Notes under the pieces: generated by a model | What the model was told of the DNA's origin: nothing | Seen by the model: the letters and a program-made list of their open reading frames with translations, nothing else | Database searches by the model: none | Made by a program: the position numbers and the translations under genes | Assembly: GCA_964016885.1 (NCBI GenBank) | Contig: OZ024742.1 | Span: 289,540,001 to 289,604,000 of the forward strand | DNA from: Eledone cirrhosa | Taxonomy: Eukaryota | DNA: 64,000 nt | Direction: 5' to 3' | Shown: piece after piece, positions 1 through 8,400 of the stretch | Position numbering within the stretch: the stretch's first letter is position 1 | Layout: each line of letters opens with the position of its first letter

Positions 1-479
1 ATCGCCTCTCACCCCCTCACTTTCACTATCATATACGCTGCTCTCACACTCCTCCCTCACTCCTTGCCAACCAAATATAAATAAGTCTTGTTAAAGGGGA
101 CTAAACCCAGAATTTGTCTCCTATTATTGATGGTCGCTTGTTCAGTTTTCTTCTACGAAATGTAACGTAAATATTTCATTTTCTTCTCAACTCTCCACAT
201 TCGGTTCATTCATCTATATATCTTACAATCCCCCAGAATAAAAAAATCGTATTCAAAATTGGCTTTCTATAATTCTGTTCTGTCTCACCGTTGTTCTAAA
301 AATAATTCTGCTCCTCGCAAACTACCCCATACCCCTCCCTCCCGCCCCCACTCTCCACCTTATTATTTGGACCAATCACAAGTAAACGACCTATGCTAGC
401 ACTTCTGGTTGCTTTTTCAATATGATGGATGAACTAGTGAATTTCTGGAGAGTCAGAAGAATCTGGACACCCGAAGACA

Positions 480-1967
480 ATGCAAACGATAACGACAAAT
501 TCACCTCATGCTGCCGGACGAAAGGGCAAAGCCCCACCCTCTTTGTTGCGGCCGCGGATGGCCAACATAACCCCAACCTCACCCCTCCCTGCACCCCACC
601 CACCAAACGCAATCCAAAACTTCAGAGTTGGTACCATGAATGTAGGGACCTTAAAAGGCTGCTCAAACGAGGTTGTAGAAATGCTTGAACGTAAGGAGGT
701 TGATGTCTGCTGCATCCAAGAGACCAGGTGGAGGGGCGGGTCTACTAGATTCATTGTGGGTAAAAAACGATGCTATAAGCTTTTCTGGGTTGGAAATGAC
801 AATGGGCTGGGTGGGGTAGGAATCATGTTAGCAGAAAAATGGGTGGATAAGATAATAGACGTAAATAGAGTAAACAACAGAATAATTAAAATAAGACTTG
901 TTCTAAATAGAACTACTGTGACGATAATATCTGCGTACGCGCCCCAATCCGGACTGCCTGGCGCTATAAAAGACACTTTCTATGAGACACTGATGCTCAC
1001 TACCTCCCAAATAACCGACAATGACTATATAATTATTGCTGGCGACCTAAATGGTCACGTTGGACAACATTGTGACGGCTATGATGAAATCCATGGAGGC
1101 TATGGGTTTGGTACTAGAAATGAGGAAGGCTCCAGAATCCTGGAATTCTGTGACGCAAATAACCTAACAATCTGTAACACTAACTTCAAAAAACAAGACA
1201 ATCACTTGATCACCTACAGATCAGGGGAACATACCAGCCAGGTAGATTATATCCTTACCAGAAGACGTGACAGAGTGACTGTTGTAAACACTAAATCCCT
1301 CCCCCATGAAGAATGCACCTCCCAACATAGACTGATAATTAGCGACCTCATAGTCAGGACGAGACGTACTCGACAGCAGAAGAGGACTATCCTCAGGAGA
1401 AAAATATGGAAGCTAAAGGACCCCACAGCCAGAAATAAATTTCAAAGCATATTACTTGATGCTTTCGACAGTAAGGAAGAGCATTTAGAGTCGGACAATA
1501 TAGAGGGACAGTGGGAATTCCTGAAAGCAAACCTGCTGATGGCGGCAGACGAAGTCTGTGGCTGGAGCAGGCCTATAGGCAGGAGGAGAGTAACATGGTG
1601 GTGGAACAGTAAGGTGGAGGAGTCGATTAAGGCCAAAAAGCAGGCTTGGAAAGTATGGCGGGATGGGGGAAGTAGAGAAGACTAATGAGTGGCCAGGAGG
1701 GAAGCTAGGAGACAAGTGTACTTCGCAAGAAGGGAAGCAGAGGAAAGAAAGTTCAAGCATGTTCTACAACGCGAGGACCAAAAACGTGAGGTGTTCAGGA
1801 TTGCGAGGCTATGTGTCAAGGAAAACTGTGATATTGTTGGGGAGAAGTGTGTACTAAATGATGATGGCGTACTCGCCATCACTGACGCTGATAAGAAGGT
1901 CGCTTGGAAGTGTCACTACGAGAGGCTACTAAATGAGGAGAATAAATGGGAGAAGGACAGTGTGTAG
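480..1967 (+). pseudogene. RTE LINE ORF, N-terminal part: APE/EEP-family endonuclease plus linker, interrupted by in-frame TAA TGA at 1683-1688
   Basis: Motifs GTMNVGTL, CCIQETRW, ISAYAPQ, AGDLNGHVG, VDYIL, SQHRLI, followed by the RTE linker TWWWN..V. ORFs 480-1685 and 1689-1967 are in the same frame, separated only by two stop codons. Confidence 0.9.
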
Positions 1968-2739
1968 GAAAGGCGTAGGTAGAAACTCCATTTTATGTCC
2001 CAAATGCAAAGTATGGGTGCATAAAAGATGTAGTGGGATCACAGGTAAGCTAACTAAGAACATAGATTTTACATGTGGCCGGTGCTCTGGTGCAATAAGT
2101 AGCAGCAAGTGCCCACAAAATACTAGCTCTTTCAATTGCACAGAGGGTTCTATAGAAATAGTGGACAGCTTCCGTTACCTGGGTGACAAAATCAGCAGTG
2201 GGGGAGGGTGCTCTGAAAGTACAGTAGCTAGAGTCAGAACTGGATGGAAAAAGTTCAGAGAGCTTATACCACTATTAGCCGCTAAAGGGTTCTCCCTAAA
2301 AATGAAAGGTAGGTTGTATGATGCCTGCATACGAACAGCAATGTTGCATGGCAGTGAGACCTGGGCATTGTGTGCAGAGGATATACGCAGACTAGAGAGG
2401 AACGAAGCTTGCATGCTCCGCTGGGTGTGTAATAGTAATATACGCGAACGGCAAAGCATAAACGAACTAAGGAAAAAATTAGAAATAAGAGGGATCAGAT
2501 GTTGTTTACTCGAGAGAAGGCTACGTTGGTATGGTCACGTGATGCGCATGAAAGATGACAGCTGTATAGCAAAGTGCAGGGCAATAAAGATACACGGTAG
2601 CCACGGAGTAGGCAGACCCAGAAAAACCTGGGACGAGCTGATAAATTCCGACCTCACACACTTACACCTCTCCAAGACAATGTCACTGGACCGAGACCTT
2701 TGGCGGTACTCAGTAATAGAGAAGAACCGCCTTACCTAA
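1960..2739 (+). pseudogene. RTE LINE ORF, C-terminal part: Cys/His (PHD-like) finger, RT thumb-side YLG motif and RTE C-terminal domain
   Basis: VCRKGVGRNSILCPKCKVWVHKRCSGI...FTCGRC, IEIVDSFRYLG, RLYDACIRTAMLHGSETW, RRLRWYGHVMRM, GRPRKTW. The frame differs from the upstream part, and no QFGF, FxDxxKAFD or YADD motifs lie between the two parts. Confidence 0.88.
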
Positions 2740-2874
2740 ATACAAAATACACCCCCGTCCCACCACCCCCACCCCATCCACACCGCCCCTTTCAATGTAA
2801 AGTTATGTTGGTACCACAAAATCCAGGCCGAAACAAATGAGATTATGTAGGTGTCACGACAAAAAAAAAAACAC

Positions 2875-3106
2875 ACAGTCCACGCTGTAAATGTGGCCGT
2901 GTAGGCAACACGGTAAAAACCTCCCAGCCCCACACTGTAAATGTGGTTGGTGTTAGGAAGGGCATCCAGCTGTAGAAAACCCGCCAGACAGTCCACGCTG
3001 TAATGTGGCAGTGTAGGCAACACGGTAAAAACCTCCCAGCCCCACACTGTAAATGTGGTTGGTGTTAGGAAGGGCATCCAACTGTAGAAAACCCGCCAGA
3101 CAGTCC
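2875..3106 (+). repeat. Tandem duplication of ~113 bp within the LINE 3'UTR
   Basis: ACAGTCCACGCTGTAA(A)TGTGG...GTTAGGAAGGGCATCCA(G/A)CTGTAGAAAACCCGCCAG occurs at 2875-2987 and 2988-3099 with only a few differences; ACAGTCC starts again at 3100. Confidence 0.93.
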
Positions 3107-3189
3107 TATGCGAACAAGACAACCACTCTTGCCTCAAGTGGGAAAACTCCCGTCCAAACCCATGTAAGCGTGGAACATGGACGTTAAAC

Positions 3190-3226
3190 GATGATGATGA
3201 TGATGATGATGATATATATATATATA
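3190..3226 (+). repeat. (GAT)8 LINE tail followed by (AT)n microsatellite
   Basis: Read directly at 3190-3213 and 3214-3226. Confidence 0.95.
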
Positions 3227-3312
3227 CATATACATGAAGGTAGTTCTCGAGCATGGTCGCATTCTATTAACTGAAACCAGTAAAGGAATAAAAGAAATAA
3301 AAATAACATAAC

Positions 3313-3531
3313 CAACTTGTCGATATTCTTCAACCTCTCTTGGTAAGTGGCCAAATTTTGTTTTGTACCATCCTGTTCACTCTGTAGTTGTCTGAGGTCA
3401 TTCTGGTATTTATCTCGTTCTTCTTCAAGTCTTTTAATACTGTCGTTCATTTGACGCCTTTCTAAACTGGAAGTGTTTTCTTTCAGTTCCATCTTATGTT
3501 GAATGTCCTTTGCTAACATCTCGGCACATTT
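3313..3531 (-). CDS. Internal exon (219 nt, phase 0) of a host gene encoding a long coiled-coil protein
   Basis: Minus strand: branch-point-like CACTAAT, then TTATTCCATTTGTTTTGGTAG acceptor; open frame KCAEMLAKDIQHKMELKENTSSLERRQMNDSIKRLEEERDKYQNDLRQLQSEQDGTKQNLATYQERLKNIDKL (E/K/Q/L-rich); donor TTG|GTTATG (alternative AA|GTTGGT 4 nt earlier). Splices in frame to the 4554-4649 exon. Confidence 0.8.
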
Positions 3532-3609
3532 CTACCAAAACAAATGGAATAAATTAGTGATATAAAATACCATTAAATGTTTTTATGTGTTTCATATGTC
3601 ACTGAAATG

Positions 3610-4170
3610 TCAAAAGCTTCTGGGGAAATAGGAGTCAATCTAGTCATCTGCATAATCAATCAGGTAATACATGATAGAATCATACCCAATGACTGGCATA
3701 GCAGAATACCCATTAATTATTGAAAGGAACAACAATGAGGCATAAAGCCGATCAATGGACCAAGTTATGAAAGTGACAGAAAGAGTTTTAACACAACTAA
3801 TTAGAGAAAGAGTCAAATTAGATGAGATGCTGCTTGGTTTTGAACCAGGGAGGAGCACCACAGATGCCCTCTTCTTAGTGAGACAAAATTATAAAAGATT
3901 CTTGTAAGTCACTATATCTAGCTTTGTGGATATGGAGAAGACCTTTGATAGAGAACCATGATCTAACATCTGGTGGTCTCTCAGGAAACAAGTCATTGAA
4001 GAATGGCTTTTGAGAACAGTGCGAGCCATATACAGTGGAGCTGTCAGTAAAGTGAAAGTAGAAAGTGAGTTTAGGGAGGAATTCAATGTGCAGGTAGGTG
4101 TTCATCAGCCCACTCGTGCTAATTGTAGTACTCCAGGCTATAACTGAGGAGTTGAAGACAGCTGTCAATA
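3610..4170 (+). pseudogene. Old, frameshifted RTE LINE reverse transcriptase fragment (N-terminal RT subdomains)
   Basis: Manual translation across frameshifts: KASGEIGVNLVICIINQVIHDRIIPNDW...DQVMKVTERVLTQLIRERVKLDEMLLGFEPGRSTTDALFLVRQ...VDMEKTFDR...IWWSLRKQVIEEWLLRTVRAIYSGAVSKVKV...FNVQVGVHQ, matching RTE RT motifs (P.DW, QFGF.PGRST.DA, FVDLEKAFD, GVHQG). Confidence 0.85.
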
Positions 4171-4203
4171 GGAATACTATTGTTGATTAAATTAAATTCT
4201 GAA

Positions 4204-4330
4204 TACTGAAAAAGATACCTGGACGACACATATTGTGGAGGGAAAATCTTGACAAACTAAAAATATTTTCAATACACATCAATAACATAAACCCTAACAT
4301 CCAATTCATTATGAACTTCAATAACAAAAA
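4204..4330 (+). pseudogene. Short Penelope-like retroelement RT fragment (catalytic YxDD region)
   Basis: Y*KRYLDDT at 4204-4230, then after a frameshift WRENLDKLKIFSIHINNINPNIQFIMN, resembling the PLE pattern W.RYVDD.F.LW...L..F...LN..HPNI.FT.E. Confidence 0.6.
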
Positions 4331-4553
4331 AAAACAATGGGTGAACAGACAGGGGTGGTGTATGGGTAGAGTGGTTGAACAAGATTCAGTTTTGGTAGTT
4401 CATAAGCTAGAACTGAAACTAAGCCATGTTAACCAGTAATTTCTGGGCAGAACTGGTGCTAAATCAAGGAATCATATTGTGTGTTATGCCTTTCTTCCCA
4501 TAGTTTCAGGATAGAATTAGTTGTAAGCCATTGAAGCAATATCTAATATTTAC

Positions 4554-4649
4554 CTTGCCTTCTTGGAGCTCTTGGATAACACGATGTAATTCTACAGATT
4601 CAGACATCTGCCGTTGGTTCCTTGACATTTTCAATTCTGACATTTCTTC
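4554..4649 (-). CDS. Internal exon (96 nt, phase 0) of the same coiled-coil host gene
   Basis: Minus strand: acceptor TTTAATTCTAG|, open frame EEMSELKMSRNQRQMSESVELHRVIQELQEGK (exactly 32 codons), strong donor AAG|GTAAAT. Phase matches the 3313-3531 exon. Too short to appear in the ORF track. Confidence 0.82.
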
Positions 4650-4710
4650 CTAGAATTAAAGGCATACAGAGGTTACAACATATCTATAGACACAGAAACA
4701 TAAAAGTATT

Positions 4711-4790
4711 ATGTGCGTGTGTGTGTGTTTATGTGTTGGTTTATGTACCACAGCTTGTAGTCTTCTCTATGTGTGTGTGTGTGTGTGTGT
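4711..4790. repeat. Two (TG)n microsatellites
   Basis: TG runs at ~4712-4728 and ~4770-4790. Confidence 0.9.
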
Positions 4791-4855
4791 AATATCCTCT
4801 AGAGACAGCATTGTCCAATGAATAGAACGCTCGACTAACATACACACATGCATCC

Positions 4856-4908
4856 TCCCACACATACATAGCCTAGTGAGTAGGGGACTAGGCTATGTAT
4901 GTGTGGGA
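4856..4908. repeat. Perfect 22-bp inverted repeat with 9-nt loop
   Basis: TCCCACACATACATAGCCTAGT (4856-4877) / GAGTAGGGG / ACTAGGCTATGTATGTGTGGGA (4887-4908); the arms are exact reverse complements. Confidence 0.95.
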
Positions 4909-5294
4909 AGGGGTGGGGTGGGGATTTACCGAAAGTAGGACCAGCTTGGTAGGCCTCTTCCTTTTCAGACTGTGGTGTCGGAGGGACATAATTTTCAGTG
5001 TGAGTTCAGATTACATATCAATAGGTTCTGACGAGAGATTAGGCAAGTAAGTCTCTCACGGATATATCCCATCTGGACAAGAACACTGACAGCAGAGGAT
5101 CCGTGAGCTATGCTTTATCCCCTACACCACACAGATACACAAGTATACTCACACATACACACCACATATTGTAAAAAAAAAAAAACATACTCGAAGTTTC
5201 TGATTTTCATCCTTCAAGTGAACAATTTCAGGTGAGATATTTTGATCAGGTAAACTTCCAGACTACAAGTAAAGGAAGAGTTAAAAAAGAATTA

Positions 5295-5452
5295 TTTTCT
5301 CACCAAGTGAAGAATAGACTGTATGATGAATGCATGAGAAGTGTAATGTTGCAGGATTGTAACAGATGGGCAGTGAATGTAGATGTGCGATGTTGCATAG
5401 TAGTGGGACATGAGCAGTGAATGTAGTGAGCCATGGTCAGTAAATGTAGAGG
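5295..5452 (+). pseudogene. Decayed RTE LINE C-terminal fragment merging into the satellite (seed and proto-units)
   Basis: FSHQVKNRLYDECMRSVMLQDCNRWAVNVD aligns without gaps to FSLKMKGRLYDACIRTAMLHGSETWALCAED of the element at 2290-2382; followed by degenerate re-iterations at 5390 and 5433. Confidence 0.82.
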
Positions 5453-8400
5453 ATGTTATGTGGTAGTGAGACAGTGGCAGTGATTGTAGAGGATGTTATG
5501 TGGTAGTGAGACAGTGGCAGTGATTGTAGAGGATGTTATGTGGTAGTGAGACAGTGGCAGTGATTGTAGAGGATGTTATGTGGCAGTGATTGTAGAGGAT
5601 GTTATGTGGCAGTGAGACAGTGGGAGTGATTGTAGAGGATGTTATGTGGTAGTGAGACAGTGGCAGTGATTGTGGAGGATGGTATGTGGCAGTGAGACTG
5701 GCAGTGATTGTAGAGGATGTTATGTGGTAGTGAGACAGTGGCAGTGATTGTAGAGGATGTTATGTGGCAGTGAGACAGTGGCAGTAAATGTAGAGGATGT
5801 TATGTGGCAGTGAGACAGAGGCAGTGATTGTAGAGGATGTTATGTGGCAGTGAGACAGTGGCAGTGATTGTAGAGGATGTTATGTGGTAGTGAGACAGTG
5901 GCAGTGATTGTAGAGGATGTTATGTGGCAGTGAGACTGGCAGTGATTGTAGAGGATGTTATGTGGCAGTGAGACTGGCAGTGATTGTAGAGGATGTTATG
6001 TGGTAGTGAGACAGTGGCAGTGATTGTAGAGGATATTATGTGGTAGTGAAACAGTGGCAGTGATAGTAGAGGATGTTATGTGGCAGTGAGACAGTGGCAG
6101 TGATAGTAGAGGATGTTATGTGGTAGTGAGACAGTGGCAGTGATAGTAGAGGATGTTATGTGGTAGTGAGACAGTGGCAGTGATTGTAGAGGATGTTATG
6201 TGGCAGTGAGACAGTGGCAGTGATTGTAGAGGATGTTATGTGGTAGTGAGACAGTGGCAGTGATTGTAGAGGATGTTATGTGGCAGTGAGACAGTGGCAG
6301 TGATAGTAGAGGATGTTATGTGGTAGTGAGACAGTGGCAGTGATTGTAGAGGATGTTATGTGGCAGTGAGACAGTGGCAGTGATTGTAGAGGATGTTATG
6401 TGGCAGTGAGACAGTGGCAGTGATTGTAGAGGATGTTATGTGGTAGTGAGAAAGTGGCAGTGATTGTAGAGGATGTTATGTGGCAGTAAGACAGTGGCGG
6501 TGATTGTAGAGGATGTTATGTGGCAGTGAGACAGTGGCAGTGATTGTAGAGGATGTTATGTGGTAGTGAGACAGTGGCAGTGATAGTAGAGGATGTTATG
6601 TGGCAGTGAGACAGTGGGAGTGATTGTAGAGGATGTTATGTGGCAGTGAGACAGTGGCAGTGATTGTAGAGGATGTTATGTGGCAGTGAGACAGTGGCAG
6701 TGATTGTAGAGGATGTTATGTGGTAGTGAGACAGTGGCAGTGATTGTAGAGGATGTTATGTGGCAGTGAGACAGTGGCAGTGATTGTAGAGGATGTTATG
6801 TGGTAGTGAGACAGTGGCAGTGATTGTAGAGGATGTTATGTGGCAGTGAGAAAGTGGCAGTGATAGTAGAGGATGTTATGTGGCAGTGAGACAGTGGCAG
6901 TGATTGTAGAGGATGTTATGTGGTAGTAAGACAGTGGCAGTGATTGTAGACGATGTTATGTGGCAGTGAGACTGGCAGTGATTGTAGAGGATGTTATGTG
7001 GTAGTGACACAGTGGCAGTGATTGTAAAGGATGTTATGTGGTAGTGAGACAGTGGCAGTGATTGTAGAGGATGTTATGTGGCAGTGAGACAGTGGCAGTG
7101 ATTGTAGAGGATGTTATGTGGTAGTGAGACAGTGGCAGTGATTGTAGAGGATGTTATGTGGCAGTGAGACAGTGGCAGTGATTGTAGAGGATGTTATGTG
7201 GCAGTGAGACAGTGGAAGTGATTGTAGAGGATGTTATGTGGCAGTGAGACAGTGGCAGTGATTGTAGAGGATGTTATGTGGCAGTGAGACAGTGGCAGTG
7301 ATTGTAGAGGATGTTATGTGGTAGTGAGACAGTGGCAGTGATTGTAGAGGATGTTATGTGGCAGTAAGACAGTGGCGGTGATTGTAGAGGATGTTATGTG
7401 GCAGTGAGACAGTGGCAGTGATTGTAGAGGATGTTATGTGGTAGTGAGACAGTGGCAGTGATAGTAGAGGATGTTATGTGGCAGTGAGACAGTGGGAGTG
7501 ATTGTAGAGGATGTTATGTGGCAGTGAGACAGTGGCAGTGATTGTAGAGGATGTTATGTGGCAGTGAGACAGTGGCAGTGATTGTAGAGGATGTTATGTG
7601 GTAGTGAGACAGTGGCAGTGATTGTAGAGGATGTTATGTGGCAGTGAGACAGTGGCAGTGATTGTAGAGGATGTTATGTGGCAGTGATTGTAGAGGATGT
7701 TATGTGGCAGTGAGACAGTGGGAGTGATTGTAGAGGATGTTATGTGGTAGTGAGACAGTGGCAGTGATTGTAGAGGATGTTATGTGGCAGTGAGACAGTG
7801 GCAGTGATTGTAGAGGATGTTATGTGGCAGTGAGACAGTGGCAGTGATTGTAGAGGATGTTATGTGGTAGTGAGACAGTGGCAGTGATTGTAGAGGATGT
7901 TATGTGGCAGTGAGACAGTGGCAGTGATTGTAGAGGATGTTATGTGGCAGTGAGACAGTGGAAGTGATTGTAGAGGATGTTATGTGGCAGTGAGACAGTG
8001 GCAGTGATTGTAGAGGATGTTATGTGGCAGTGAGACAGTGGCAGTGATTGTAGAGGATGTTATGTGGTAGTGAGACAGTGGCAGTGATTGTAGAGGATGT
8101 TATGTGGCAGTAAGACAGTGGCGGTGATTGTAGAGGATGTTATGTGGCAGTGAGACAGTGGCAGTGATTGTAGAGGATGTTATGTGGTAGTGAGACAGTG
8201 GCAGTGATAGTAGAGGATGTTATGTGGCAGTGAGACAGTGGGAGTGATTGTAGAGGATGTTATGTGGCAGTGAGACAGTGGCAGTGATTGTAGAGGATGT
8301 TATGTGGCAGTGAGACAGTGGCAGTGATTGTAGAGGATGTTATGTGGTAGTGAGACAGTGGCAGTGATTGTAGAGGATGTTATGTGGCAGTGAGACAGTG

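Larger units (their letters stand above)
480..3213 (+). mobile_element. RTE-clade non-LTR retrotransposon (LINE), internally deleted (RT core missing), 3' end intact; 5' boundary unresolved (may extend upstream of 480)
   Basis: APE endonuclease ORF (480-1685), linker continuing in the same frame after two stops (1689-1967), RTE C-terminal region (YLG...LHGSETW...RLRWYGHVMRM...GRPRKTW, 1933-2739), ~450-bp 3'UTR ending in GGACGTTAAAC-(GAT)8. Short tandem-repeat tails are typical of RTE elements. No target-site duplication identified. Confidence 0.92.

Noticed and set aside
391-2459. Short overlapping ORFs on both strands
   Set aside because: Shadow frames of the LINE ORF with no independent motifs.
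2736-3254. 172-aa minus-strand ORF
   Set aside because: Antisense reading of the LINE 3'UTR, its duplication and the (GAT)n/(AT)n tail.
3184-3519. 111-aa single-exon gene
   Set aside because: Only 3313-3531 looks coding. The tail runs through AT-rich intron and microsatellite, and splice signals define it as an internal exon.
3610-4170. RT fragment as the missing piece of the 480-3213 element (split element)
   Set aside because: Far more decayed, separated from the element by a host exon and located after its 3' tail; best explained as an older independent insertion.
3313-4649. Assigning a gene name to the coiled-coil exons
   Set aside because: Generic coiled-coil sequence that I cannot identify without a homology search.
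4969-5046. Possible 78-nt plus-strand exon (CTCTTCCTTTTCAG|...AA|GTAAGT) with one open frame
   Set aside because: No partner exons or recognisable peptide; such signal pairs arise by chance. It would need RNA evidence.
5054-5107. 9-bp inverted repeat CTCACGGAT / ATCCGTGAG
   Set aside because: Too short, with no target-site duplication or other support.
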